A DNA stretch of 64,000 bases from Candidatus Shapirobacteria bacterium (GTDB taxonomy: Bacteria; Patescibacteriota; Microgenomatia; UBA12405): positions 234,202 to 298,201 of the forward strand of contig JALHFY010000001.1 of assembly GCA_022837635.1 (NCBI GenBank). Direction: 5' to 3'. Both the position numbers and the translations under genes were made by a program. Positions 28,677 to 38,960 of the stretch are shown one piece after another. The notes under the pieces are model-generated. The model did not search any database. It was not told where the DNA came from and was given only the letters and a program-made list of their open reading frames with translations. How positions within the stretch are numbered: position 1 is the stretch's first letter; each line of letters begins with the position of its first letter.

Positions 28677-30285
28677 AATTTTTAATTTTAGTGTTGTTGG
28701 AACAGGACTGTTGGTTCCTTGGTTACTTTTCTTAAACAGATTTTTAATTCCCGATAATTCTTTTGATTCCATTAATTACCACTTATATTTAGGTTTTAAG
28801 TTTTTTCATCCGAAAAATAATTATTTGGAGTTTTATCCAACTGGTATACACAACTTTTCGTCGATTTTAGACATTCTGGGATATGTATTGATGAAAATAT
28901 TTGGTTATAGAATTGGCAGTATCGGATCACTTCTTTTTTTATATCTATCGATTTACTTAGTTTATAAATTATTAAAATTGTTTAAGGGAAAATATGATTT
29001 TTGGGGGCAATGGTGGTTTGGAATATTGTTTGTGAGCAGTTTTTTGTCTTTTGAATCTTTTTTACAAATTGCCACTTATTATGTGGATATTTCGGTAGCC
29101 TGTTTAATGTTGGCATCAACTTATTTTTTGTTTAAGTTTGAAAAGAAACAACAGGTGATTGATTTAGTTTTATCTGGATTATGTTTAGCTGTAGTGAGTT
29201 TGGGTAAAATGTCTGTTTGGTATTTTTGGCCGGTGTACTTTTTTTATTTGATATTTGTATTGCTTAAAAGAAAGAAAATAAGTTCAGCTAAAAAAAATAA
29301 ATATTTTTTAATTCCTGTATTGTGGTTAGTTTTATTTTTGTTGCCTGGATTTATAAAAAATTATACTCAAACTGGGAATCCGGTTTTTCCTTTTTATAAC
29401 GGGATATTCAAGTCAAAGTATTTTTCGGAGTCAAATTTTGCACAAGTAGTTTTTGGAGGACAGAATTTGAAGGAAAAAATCTTGTGGGGAATTTGTTCTA
29501 TCAAAAGTCCAGAGCGATTGGGGGAAGTTCATGATTTATTTAACGATTATAAAATTAATATTTATTTTATAGCGGTAATTTTTATATTGTTTTGGACTAG
29601 ATTAAAAAAAAGAAAGAATCTGTTTAAGGTGTCAATTTTTTATCTGACTTCTTTTTTGTGTTGGAGTGTGAGTTTTGGGTATTTGAGATATGCTTTGTTT
29701 TTGGAATTTTTAGGTGGAGGGTTAATCCTCTTATGGTTGAGTGAAATAGACAATAAATTTACTTGGTTGACTTTTCCGTTAATAGCGGTTCTGTTGTTAC
29801 AAGGAAAAAGAGTGGTTAATATGAGCTTAGCCTATGACATCAGCTTCAGACCAGGGTATTTTTATAACAGAGAGAGTTATCCTAAAGAGTATAAAAATTT
29901 TGGTAAAAATAAAATAGAATTTAAAAAAACAACAGATTTTAAACCTGATTATTATTTGAATTGTTCAACCCCTGGTATGACTTATTATGTTTTATCGGAC
30001 TTTAATAATTTACCGGTGAGAAATATTGATGTGAGAGCTTATTCTGATTTGACACAAAACAAGTATTACCAGGACAGAGTTGGTTTTAATGAAACAAAAT
30101 CCGAGGCAATCTATGTGACGATAGTGGGAAAAGATGGTTTAACGGATGAATATGAAAATTGTAAATCTAATCTAGAAAGGTATCGTTTTAAGATTTTAAG
30201 TGAGCAAAAAATAGATAATTTTTTGGGCTTTGAAAAGCAAAAACTTGTTTTGATATTTATTCAGATGCTAAACTCAGCTGAATGA
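28651..30285 (+). CDS. Polytopic membrane protein, probable GT-C fold glycosyltransferase
   Basis: More than 10 TM segments; FDSINYHL loop, YVD, TGNPVFPF and LRY motifs; flanked by two DPM-like GT2 genes. Confidence 0.6.
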   Translation: MRFWKKLIRIFNFSVVGTGLLVPWLLFLNRFLIPDNSFDSINYHLYLGFKFFHPKNNYLEFYPTGIHNFSSILDILGYVLMKIFGYRIGSIGSLLFLYLSIYLVYKLLKLFKGKYDFWGQWWFGILFVSSFLSFESFLQIATYYVDISVACLMLASTYFLFKFEKKQQVIDLVLSGLCLAVVSLGKMSVWYFWPVYFFYLIFVLLKRKKISSAKKNKYFLIPVLWLVLFLLPGFIKNYTQTGNPVFPFYNGIFKSKYFSESNFAQVVFGGQNLKEKILWGICSIKSPERLGEVHDLFNDYKINIYFIAVIFILFWTRLKKRKNLFKVSIFYLTSFLCWSVSFGYLRYALFLEFLGGGLILLWLSEIDNKFTWLTFPLIAVLLLQGKRVVNMSLAYDISFRPGYFYNRESYPKEYKNFGKNKIEFKKTTDFKPDYYLNCSTPGMTYYVLSDFNNLPVRNIDVRAYSDLTQNKYYQDRVGFNETKSEAIYVTIVGKDGLTDEYENCKSNLERYRFKILSEQKIDNFLGFEKQKLVLIFIQMLNSAE

Positions 30286-30956
30286 AAATTGTCATAGTGG
30301 TACCGGTGTATAATGAGGAGAAAAGGGTTGTAAATACAGTGAATGACATTTTAAGGGCAGATAAAAGTTCTCAAATTATTTTGGTTGATGATGGTTCCCG
30401 CGATAATTCTTATAAAATTTTAAAGAAGGCTTTTGGTAACAATAAAAGGGTGTCAATATTGCAACATATTATCAATCTGGGTAAGGGAGCGGCAATGAAA
30501 ACGGGAGTAAAAATGGCTTGGAAATTAAAATCAGATGGAGTTATTTTTATTGACTCTGATGGTCAACATAATCCTAAGCATTTACCTGAATTTAAAAAGG
30601 TTTTGAAAAAAAATGATTTAGTTTTTGGATATCGAAAATTAAATTCTGAAATGCCTTTCATTCGTAAATATGGCAACATTATCGCTAAAAAAATTATAGG
30701 AATTTTATTTAATGTCAAGAGAAGAGAATTTTTGTGTGGGTATCTAGGGTTTAGAAAATCGGTATATAAACAAATTAAGTGGCGATCAAATCGTTATGGA
30801 GTGGAGACAGAAATAGCGACAAAGGTGGGTAGAAATAAGTTGAAGTTTAGTGAAGTAGAAGTTGATACAATCTATATTGATAAATATAAAGGGGTATCGC
30901 TTTTTGATGCGATGAAAATATTAACCCAAATCCCCTATTGGTATTTTAGTAAATAA
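30282..30956 (+). CDS. GT2, polyprenol-phosphate sugar synthase (DPM1-like)
   Basis: VPVYNEE, VDDGSRD, NLGKGAA, DSDGQH, YGVETE. Confidence 0.85.
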   Translation: MKIVIVVPVYNEEKRVVNTVNDILRADKSSQIILVDDGSRDNSYKILKKAFGNNKRVSILQHIINLGKGAAMKTGVKMAWKLKSDGVIFIDSDGQHNPKHLPEFKKVLKKNDLVFGYRKLNSEMPFIRKYGNIIAKKIIGILFNVKRREFLCGYLGFRKSVYKQIKWRSNRYGVETEIATKVGRNKLKFSEVEVDTIYIDKYKGVSLFDAMKILTQIPYWYFSK

Positions 30957-30962
30957 AAATTT

Positions 30963-31322
30963 ATGTCAATTGTAGGAGTTCAGTTAATCATCTTTGTATT
31001 TTCTTTTTTTATGTTGTACAACGTTTACTTATATTGGCGAAAGGGAGAAATAGGACTTCGAGGAGCGTTAATTTGGGTAATTATTTGGGGAGGACTTCTA
31101 ATAATTACATTTTTCCCAAAGTTTATTGAGCCATTAGTAAAAGAATTGTTTTTTGTGAGACTTTTTGATTTAGCGACTGTGGCGGCTTTGATTATTTTAG
31201 CTTATGTAATGTTTGAAAATCATGTAAGAATTAATAAACTTCAAAAACAAATATCGAAGATTGTTCAAAGAACAGCGGTTAAAAATGTATTAAAGAAGGT
31301 GAATGAGACAAAGAAAAAATGA
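30963..31322 (+). CDS. DUF2304-like small membrane protein
   Basis: Three TM segments plus a C-terminal coiled tail; typical partner downstream of DPM-like GT2. Confidence 0.65.
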   Translation: MSIVGVQLIIFVFSFFMLYNVYLYWRKGEIGLRGALIWVIIWGGLLIITFFPKFIEPLVKELFFVRLFDLATVAALIILAYVMFENHVRINKLQKQISKIVQRTAVKNVLKKVNETKKK

Positions 31323-32136
31323 ATATGTAATTACTCCACCAAAGGGATTGGTAGATATTAATTTACCGGAGATTTGGCGTTATAAGGAATTACTATATAC
31401 TTTTACTTGGAGAGATATTAAAGTTCGCTATAAGCAAACAGTTTTAGGTATTGTCTGGGCAATATTTCAACCACTTTTTACTATGATTATTTTTACAGTT
31501 TTTTTTGGTAATTTAGCTAAAATTCCTTCAGATGGGGTTCCTTACCCAATTTTTGTTTATTCTGGCTTGTTGTTTTGGATATATTTTTCCAATTCTTTAA
31601 CAAATGCCAGTAATTGTATGGTGAATAATGAGGGAATAATTAAAAAAATTTATTTTCCGAGGTTATTATTGTCGATTAGTGCCATACTGACACCGGTTAT
31701 TGATTTTTGTTTTTCTTCTATAGTTTTTTTAGGGTTAATGATAGTTTTTAGGTTTGTACCTAATTTTTGGGGATTACTAATGGTGCCATTATTATTATTG
31801 ATTTCAATGGTGACTGCTTCTGGAATTGGCTTGTTTTTAACATCGGTAAATGTAAAATATCGAGATGTGCGTTATATTTTGCCGTTTTTTATTCAAATTT
31901 TAATGTTTATCACTCCAGTTATTTATCCTGTTAGTATAATTCCTGAGAACTATAAATGGTTGGCTTATTTTAATCCAATGACAGGTGTAATTAATTCAGC
32001 TAGGGTTTTGATTTTAGGTGGGGGAAATATTGATTGGGTGGGGATTTGTATTTCGATAATTGCGGCAATAATATATTTTATTTTAGGATTGATATATTTC
32101 AGAAAAACTGAAAGGTTTTTTGCGGATATCATTTAG
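31303..32136 (+). CDS. wzm: Polysaccharide ABC exporter permease Wzm
   Basis: RDIKVRYKQTVLG..W...QPL, KIYFPR, NVKYRDV, TPVIYP, NPM, FADII. Confidence 0.92.
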   Translation: MRQRKNEYVITPPKGLVDINLPEIWRYKELLYTFTWRDIKVRYKQTVLGIVWAIFQPLFTMIIFTVFFGNLAKIPSDGVPYPIFVYSGLLFWIYFSNSLTNASNCMVNNEGIIKKIYFPRLLLSISAILTPVIDFCFSSIVFLGLMIVFRFVPNFWGLLMVPLLLLISMVTASGIGLFLTSVNVKYRDVRYILPFFIQILMFITPVIYPVSIIPENYKWLAYFNPMTGVINSARVLILGGGNIDWVGICISIIAAIIYFILGLIYFRKTERFFADII

Positions 32137-32141
32137 TTAAA

Positions 32142-33398
32142 ATGGCAAAACCAATAATAACAGTAGAAAATTTAAGTAAAAAATATGCTTTGGGTGAAAA
32201 GCAAAGTTTTTATACTTTACGCGATTCAATAAGTGGTTTTTTTGTTGGTAAAAAAAATAAAGAAGAGGAATTTTGGGCACTTAAAGATATTAATTTTGAA
32301 ATAAAACAAGGTGAATCAGTGGGAATAATTGGTCGAAATGGAGCGGGTAAAAGTACTTTACTAAAAATTTTATCACAAATTACTCCGCCTACTACGGGGA
32401 AAATTACAATGAGAGGTAGAGTTGCCTCTTTGTTGGAAGTGGGTACAGGTTTTCATCAAGAGTTGACAGGGAGAGAAAATATATTTTTGAATGGGGCAAT
32501 TTTGGGAATGTCGAGAGAAGAGGTAAAGAAGAAATTCGATGAAATTGTGGCGTTCTCTGAAATAGAGAAATTTTTAGATATGCCAGTAAAGCATTATTCT
32601 TCGGGAATGTATATGAGATTGGCTTTTGCAGTAGCGGCGCATTTAGAATCAGAGATTTTAATTGTAGATGAGGTATTGGCTGTAGGTGACGCTCAGTTTC
32701 AAAAAAAATGTTTGGGTAAAATGGATGAGGTAGCAAAGAAAGAAGGACGAACAGTTTTGTTTGTAAGTCATAATATGGGGGCTATAAAGAGCTTATGTTC
32801 TAGAAGTATGATTATTGAAAAAGGAAAAATAGAGCTAATTGGAGAGTCAGAGAAGGTTGTACGTCAGTATATAAATGAATCAAACAATTATTCAAAAAAT
32901 AATTCAATTCATTATGACAAGCTAGTATATATTGAAAATGTTGAAATTTTAAGTTCAGAGGGTTATCAGAAGTCTAGTTTTTTAACAACAGAAGATGTTC
33001 ATGTTAAAGTTAATTTTGTTGTTAAAGAGGCTCTGAAATTAGGAAATTATTGTGGGTTAATTATTTTGGATGAATTTCAAAATATATTGATAATGGCTTA
33101 TGATATTGACAGTAATAGTAAGTATTATAAATTTAGACCTCCTGGAAAATATGAGGTAACTTTTACTATAGGAAAAAATATTCTTAATGAACAGGTTGTG
33201 AATTTAAATGTAGTTTGTGGAATTCCTTTGAAATACAACAATAGTCCGTATAAAAATTTATATTTTGATTCTTGGACTGGAATTAGTTTCCGTTTATATA
33301 ACACTAATAGTTTTTCTAGGGATTATTTTGGAGGACAAAGATCTGGTGTTATGCTTTTAAAAATTAATAGTCAGGTTAAGTGTCGGAAAATCGAATAA
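32142..33398 (+). CDS. wzt: Polysaccharide ABC exporter ATPase Wzt with C-terminal carbohydrate-binding domain
   Basis: GRNGAGKST, YSSGMYMRLAF, DEVLAVGD, VSH; about 170-aa C-terminal extension. Confidence 0.92.
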   Translation: MAKPIITVENLSKKYALGEKQSFYTLRDSISGFFVGKKNKEEEFWALKDINFEIKQGESVGIIGRNGAGKSTLLKILSQITPPTTGKITMRGRVASLLEVGTGFHQELTGRENIFLNGAILGMSREEVKKKFDEIVAFSEIEKFLDMPVKHYSSGMYMRLAFAVAAHLESEILIVDEVLAVGDAQFQKKCLGKMDEVAKKEGRTVLFVSHNMGAIKSLCSRSMIIEKGKIELIGESEKVVRQYINESNNYSKNNSIHYDKLVYIENVEILSSEGYQKSSFLTTEDVHVKVNFVVKEALKLGNYCGLIILDEFQNILIMAYDIDSNSKYYKFRPPGKYEVTFTIGKNILNEQVVNLNVVCGIPLKYNNSPYKNLYFDSWTGISFRLYNTNSFSRDYFGGQRSGVMLLKINSQVKCRKIE

Positions 33399-34822
33399 TG
33401 AAAAGAAAATACTTGATTATAATAGCGGGTTGGCATTTCAATTTGTCTGATTTTTATTTGAGTTTATTGGATATTTCAAAAAAAAATCAAGTTGATTTTT
33501 TTATCTCATCCCACAAAGATTTCTCGGAAATAGATAATAAAATTATGGAGTGTATTAAAAACATACCTAGATGTGAAATTGTGAGTTTTGAGAATGAAGG
33601 ATTTGATTGGGGAATATATTCCCAAGCGTTATCGTATTTAGGAGAAAGAATATTTGACTATGAGTATATTTGTTTTATGCACGATGATATTGAAATAAAG
33701 GATTCTAATTTTTTAAATATATTTTCGAAATATATAAGCGATAATAATTTCATGGTTTTGGGTAATTGTAAGAACTCTGTTAATCAAAATTTTACAAGAT
33801 CTCATCCACATGTAATACGTTGGTTGAAAAGTGATTATCACATAGTGTTAAAAAACAAAAAATGGAATACTGTTAGGGGAAGTTGTTTTATGGTTGTACC
33901 AGAAATATTTAAGAAAATAAAGGTTTTGCCATATAAAAAAGGAGATAATTCTGGATTTGGAAATTGGAGTGTTATTGCTTTTGGAGGTATTGTGACTGAT
34001 TTATATGGAAAAAATAGTATCGGCACAATAAGCAACAAACAATTAAAGTCTGATTATATTATTGAATATGAAAGAGGTTTTTCAAGTAAAAGTGTTCAGA
34101 GTGAAATAAGGGAAATCTCAAAAAATGTAAACTCTTTGCTTTATAGATTAAAAGAAGTTGGTTATTCGATTCGGAGATATTATGTGGATAAATTCTTTTT
34201 TGAAAACATTAAATATTTTAATAAAAATGATAGGATCTTGGACGTTGGTGGAAAAAAAATAAACAAGCGAGGATATTTTGATATTGAAAAATATCCTCTA
34301 AAGACTAGTTATTTAAATTTAGATAAATCGACAAAACCAGATTTGTTAGCTGATGCTGCAAATATTCCAACAAAAAATAATTTTTATGATGGAATAGTTT
34401 TGGGAGAAGTTATGGAGCATGTTTCAGAACCTGAAACTGTTTTAAGGGAATGTATCAGAGTACTTAAATCAAAGGGTAAAATTATTATTACTGTCCCTTT
34501 TATGTATCCAATTCATGCTGATCCTTATGATTATGGACGATATACCTTGACTTATTGGAAAAGAATGTTTGACAGGTGTGGTCTAAAGGTATTGGTTGTA
34601 ACCAATCATGGAACATACTTTGCGGTTTTAGCAAATATGTTTAAATTAGGAATTAATGAAATGTTTCAGAAACCGCAAAGATTATTAAGAAAAAAATTCT
34701 TAAACTCATTAATGATTATTGTTATAAAAATATTAATGTATTTTGATGATAAGTTTTCTAAATCGCGAAATTGGTTAATTTCAGGATCTACTACGGGTTA
34801 TGGTTTTGTATTAGAGAAATAG
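33398..34822 (+). CDS. Fusion of a GT-A/GT2-like domain and a class I SAM methyltransferase
   Basis: N-terminal NEGFDWG...YICFMHDD; C-terminal ILDVGG, EVMEHV.EP, LKSKGKIIITVPF, HADPYDYGRYT. Start set at ATG 33398, overlapping the wzt stop. Confidence 0.7.
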   Translation: MKRKYLIIIAGWHFNLSDFYLSLLDISKKNQVDFFISSHKDFSEIDNKIMECIKNIPRCEIVSFENEGFDWGIYSQALSYLGERIFDYEYICFMHDDIEIKDSNFLNIFSKYISDNNFMVLGNCKNSVNQNFTRSHPHVIRWLKSDYHIVLKNKKWNTVRGSCFMVVPEIFKKIKVLPYKKGDNSGFGNWSVIAFGGIVTDLYGKNSIGTISNKQLKSDYIIEYERGFSSKSVQSEIREISKNVNSLLYRLKEVGYSIRRYYVDKFFFENIKYFNKNDRILDVGGKKINKRGYFDIEKYPLKTSYLNLDKSTKPDLLADAANIPTKNNFYDGIVLGEVMEHVSEPETVLRECIRVLKSKGKIIITVPFMYPIHADPYDYGRYTLTYWKRMFDRCGLKVLVVTNHGTYFAVLANMFKLGINEMFQKPQRLLRKKFLNSLMIIVIKILMYFDDKFSKSRNWLISGSTTGYGFVLEK

Positions 34823-34848
34823 ATTATTGGCGTTATTGAGGTAAGAAG

Positions 34849-35910
34849 ATGAAATTTTTATCTAGAGACAATAGAAAAAATAATATAATAAAAATAGGTT
34901 GGGTGGTATATGAGTCCTGGGTTAATGGAGTTAGGTCTGTAAAATCTTTTAAGGATGTTGTATCAGAAATTAGGTGTAAAAATATTCTATTGGAATTGAA
35001 TAGACATAATAGATTTTTTAATGAGATTTACGATTCGAGTAAAAAATATGATTTGGTTGTTTTTGTAAAAGTTATGGATGAAGAATGTCAATTTGAAGTA
35101 AAAAAAATTAAAGAATATGGAGGGAAGGTGATATTTGATGCCAATGTGAATTATTTTGAGATTTGGGGGGATTATTTTATTGAAGGTACAAAACCAACTG
35201 CATTACAAAACAAAAATTCTATAAAAATGGCAAGTATTTGTGACTGTGTAATTGGAGATTCAGAATACATTACCAAGATTGCTTCAAAATATTCTAAGAA
35301 AACTGTTTGTATTCCAGATTCGGTTGATATGGCTTTGTATAGTGGTCAAGTTAGTTATCTAGATAAAAAAATGATTAGATTAATTTGGAGTGGTGTTAGC
35401 AAGAAATCCTTACATTTTTATGAGATAATTCCGGTTTTGTCTAAAATTTCAAAAGAGTTTAGTGTTCAATTAACTTTAGTTTCAGATAGGAAACCAGAGA
35501 TTTTTAATGAGATTTCACAAGTGATAAATACTAAATGGATTAAGTTTAGTCATAGAAAGTATATTTCCAAATTATTAGCATCAGATATTATTATTTCGCC
35601 TAAAAGATTAATAAATGGGTATGAATTAGGACATACTGAATACAAGATAACTCTTGGTATGGCGCTTGGTTTGCCTGCGATTGCTAGTCCTCAATTATCG
35701 TACGTTAATGCGTTACGATATGGTGGTGGTATTATTGCTTCAACTGAAACTGAATGGTATCTTGCATTAAGAAAACTTATATCTTCATCTATGCTTAGAG
35801 AAAAGATGGGAATTAAAGCTAAAAATACTGTGAAAAAATATTATAGTCTTACTATTATTCTTAAAAAATATGTTGATTTATTTAATGATTTATTGAGATA
35901 TGGAGAGTAG
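34849..35910 (+). CDS. GT-B fold glycosyltransferase (GT4-like)
   Basis: IPDSVD, LIWSG, DIIISP, EYKITLGMALGLPAIASP. Confidence 0.72.
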   Translation: MKFLSRDNRKNNIIKIGWVVYESWVNGVRSVKSFKDVVSEIRCKNILLELNRHNRFFNEIYDSSKKYDLVVFVKVMDEECQFEVKKIKEYGGKVIFDANVNYFEIWGDYFIEGTKPTALQNKNSIKMASICDCVIGDSEYITKIASKYSKKTVCIPDSVDMALYSGQVSYLDKKMIRLIWSGVSKKSLHFYEIIPVLSKISKEFSVQLTLVSDRKPEIFNEISQVINTKWIKFSHRKYISKLLASDIIISPKRLINGYELGHTEYKITLGMALGLPAIASPQLSYVNALRYGGGIIASTETEWYLALRKLISSSMLREKMGIKAKNTVKKYYSLTIILKKYVDLFNDLLRYGE

Positions 35911-36850
35911 AATTTTTAAGTATTTTAATAGAAAATTATTAGGTGAAAAGATTTCATTTTTTCATGAGTTTAGACCAGCACCGTATGGTGGTTCAAATTC
36001 TTTTTTTATTGCTTTGAAAGGTTATCTTGAATCAAGAGGTATTTTAGTGGATGTTAATTTGGTAAAAAGAAATACTGAAGTGGTTCTACTTAACGCATTT
36101 TTATTTGATGAAAAAAAATTAGAAAATTATAAAAACCGGTATCCTGATATTAAAATTATTCATAGAATTGATGGCCCAGTAAGTGCTCATCGAGCGATAG
36201 AATTAGATATAGACAGACAGTTATTAGAGTTAAATACTAAATTTGCTGATAGAACAATTATTCAATCAGAATACAGTAAAAAAAAGAGTGAAGATTTAGG
36301 ATTATTTTTTAAAAATCCAGTTGTTATACATAATGCCGCAAACCCTTTATTTTTTAATCGAAATGATAAAAGTAAATTTAATAAAGATAAGGTTAAGATT
36401 ATTGCTTCAAGTTGGTCTGATAATAGAAAAAAAGGTGCTGAAGTATATAGATGGCTTGAGAATGAATTAGATTGGAGTGTATATGAATTTACTTTTGTAG
36501 GTAGATTACCAATTAAATTAAAAAGGGCAAAACATATTGATGCTTGCCCTCCTGAAGAATTGTCAAGATATCTTAAAAATAGCGACATATATATTACTGC
36601 TTCTGAAAATGATTCTTGTTCAAATTCATTAATTGAGGCATTAAGTTGTGGTTTACCAGCGATATATTTAAATTCTGGCGGTCATCCTGAAATTGTGAAA
36701 AATGCAGGTATTGGCTTTAGTAAAAATGAAGAGATTATAGGTGCTCTAGATAAGATTAGACAAAATTATTATTTTTACCAGAATAATATTGAGGTATTAG
36801 GAATGGAACAAGTTGCAAAAAAGTATTTAGATGTTATGTTTCAAGAGTGA
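35900..36850 (+). CDS. GT4 glycosyltransferase
   Basis: HRIDG, DSCSNSLIEALSCGLP, SGGHPEIV. Confidence 0.8.
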   Translation: MESRIFKYFNRKLLGEKISFFHEFRPAPYGGSNSFFIALKGYLESRGILVDVNLVKRNTEVVLLNAFLFDEKKLENYKNRYPDIKIIHRIDGPVSAHRAIELDIDRQLLELNTKFADRTIIQSEYSKKKSEDLGLFFKNPVVIHNAANPLFFNRNDKSKFNKDKVKIIASSWSDNRKKGAEVYRWLENELDWSVYEFTFVGRLPIKLKRAKHIDACPPEELSRYLKNSDIYITASENDSCSNSLIEALSCGLPAIYLNSGGHPEIVKNAGIGFSKNEEIIGALDKIRQNYYFYQNNIEVLGMEQVAKKYLDVMFQE

Positions 36851-37920
36851 TTTTAACTATTCTAAAAAAAATATATAGAGTATTTAATATTTTTGAGATT
36901 TTTCTAAAAAGAATTACTCTTGAGAAGAGAAGCAACTTTGTTTTATTTTTTGCAAATACCGAAACTAGGCCAGGGAGTGTTTACGGGGGTTGTGTTAAGT
37001 TGTTTCATTTAAGAGATAGTTTTGATATAGACAACTCACGATTTAATATTTTATACTTAGTAAGTAGCTGTCTTCCTGTGAATCCTTTATTTTGGATAAG
37101 AAAGGTGAAGTCGCGAGGGATTAAAACTATTTTAAATCAAAACGGTGTTGGTTATCCTGCTTGGGCTGGAAAAAATTATTGCAAAGTAAATAATGAACTT
37201 AAAAAAATAATTCATGCGTGTGATGGTGTGTTATATCAGAGTAAGTTTTGTAAAAGAAGTGCTGATAAATATCTAGGTGTTTTTAATGGTCCATATAAGA
37301 TAGTTTATAACTGTGTTGATGATAATTTATTTAAACCAGAAAATACGAAAAAGGATAAAGATTTAATTTTGCTTGTTATGGGTAGTCATCATTTTCGAGA
37401 GAGAGTTGTTTTACCAATTATGGTTTTAAGTAAATTGTTGGAATCGGGAGTTAAATCAAAACTAATTATTGGTGGAAGATTATTATGGCCTGATGCAAAG
37501 AATGATGTAAAAAAACTAGTTAATAAACTTAATTTGGGTAGTTCAGTTGTTGTGATGGGGTCATATACCCAGGAAGAAGCTGTAGTTTTATACAATAAGG
37601 CTCATATATTGATTCATCTTCAATACAATGATGCTTCTCCTACAGTTCCTATAGAAGCAATGTCTTGTGGTGTTCCAGTAATATGTAGTGATTCTGGTGG
37701 TTTACCTGAAATTGTGAAAGACGGGTGTGGAGAACTAATAAGAGTTAGACATAGTTATCAAAAAATGTATTACCCAAGTGTAAATAGTATTGTAAAATCG
37801 ATTCGTATAATTATGAAGTCTTATAGTAGGTATTGTGATAATTGTCGGAAGACGGTTCTTTCGGAGTTTTGTAAAGATAAGTGGATAAAGGAACATGAAG
37901 AATTTTTTGATAAATTATAA
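36847..37920 (+). CDS. GT4 glycosyltransferase
   Basis: YNCVD, DASPTVPIEAMSCGVPVI.SDSGGLPEIV; GTG start overlapping the upstream stop. Confidence 0.82.
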   Translation: MILTILKKIYRVFNIFEIFLKRITLEKRSNFVLFFANTETRPGSVYGGCVKLFHLRDSFDIDNSRFNILYLVSSCLPVNPLFWIRKVKSRGIKTILNQNGVGYPAWAGKNYCKVNNELKKIIHACDGVLYQSKFCKRSADKYLGVFNGPYKIVYNCVDDNLFKPENTKKDKDLILLVMGSHHFRERVVLPIMVLSKLLESGVKSKLIIGGRLLWPDAKNDVKKLVNKLNLGSSVVVMGSYTQEEAVVLYNKAHILIHLQYNDASPTVPIEAMSCGVPVICSDSGGLPEIVKDGCGELIRVRHSYQKMYYPSVNSIVKSIRIIMKSYSRYCDNCRKTVLSEFCKDKWIKEHEEFFDKL

Positions 37921-37931
37921 GATGTACATTT

Positions 37932-38960
37932 ATGAAGAATACTATGGTAACAGTTTTAATGCCTGTTTATAACGGTGAGAGGTACTTAAAAGAGTCTATT
38001 GAAAGTATATTAAGTCAAACATATAAGAATTTTGAATTTTTAATTATTGATGATGGTTCAACTGATAATAGTTCAAATATTATTGATTCATTTAATGATA
38101 AGCGTATTCGTAAAATATCAAACAAAGTAAATCTTGGACTAGTGAAAAGTTTAAATAAAGGTCTAAGACTTGCGTGTGGCAAATATATTGTCCGAATGGA
38201 TAGTGATGATTTGAGTGAGAAAAATAGAATTGAGAAACAGGTTGAATATATGGAAAATAATCTTGATGTTGCTGTTTTGGGAAGTGCCGTAAGGTTGATT
38301 GATGAAAATAACCAATTGGGTAGAAATATAGTTTATCCGCTTCGATATATTGATATTCTTTGGAGTTTATACTTTGGATCACCACTAGCACACCCATCTG
38401 TTATTATGAGAAGTTCGGTTGTGAAGAAAATTGGTGGTTATGGTTCTACTAAAATAGCAACAAATAGGGAAAAATATTCTGTAGAAGATTTTGATTTGTG
38501 GTTTAGATTATCAAAAGTATCTAAATTAATTAATTTAGATACTTGTTTATTAAAATTGAGAAAACATAATAAAAATTTAACAGTTGTAAATAGAGATGAG
38601 CACTTAACTAATACAGGGCTCATTATCAAACATAACTTAATGCATGATCTTGGAATCAATATAAGTGAAGAGATGGCGATAGGATTAACTTTATTGAGAA
38701 TGGATAATAAATTTGATTATATTAAATTGATAGAATTAGTTAATAATATATATAAAAAATTTATTAACGCTAGAAAGAATATGATGACAAAAGACGACAT
38801 AAATATTATTAAAGATAATAAAACCTCGAAGATTATTTTAATAGGTTTTAATACTAATAATATTTTTATTGTTTTTAAGATTATTTTTATTGAATTTTTA
38901 AAAAATCCGACTTATTTATACAGAAAATTGTTAAGTAAAATATTCCATGAAAGTACTTAG
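37932..38960 (+). CDS. GT2 glycosyltransferase
   Basis: VLMPVYNGERYL, IDDGSTD, RMDSDD, HPSV, EDFDLW. Confidence 0.88.
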   Translation: MKNTMVTVLMPVYNGERYLKESIESILSQTYKNFEFLIIDDGSTDNSSNIIDSFNDKRIRKISNKVNLGLVKSLNKGLRLACGKYIVRMDSDDLSEKNRIEKQVEYMENNLDVAVLGSAVRLIDENNQLGRNIVYPLRYIDILWSLYFGSPLAHPSVIMRSSVVKKIGGYGSTKIATNREKYSVEDFDLWFRLSKVSKLINLDTCLLKLRKHNKNLTVVNRDEHLTNTGLIIKHNLMHDLGINISEEMAIGLTLLRMDNKFDYIKLIELVNNIYKKFINARKNMMTKDDINIIKDNKTSKIILIGFNTNNIFIVFKIIFIEFLKNPTYLYRKLLSKIFHEST

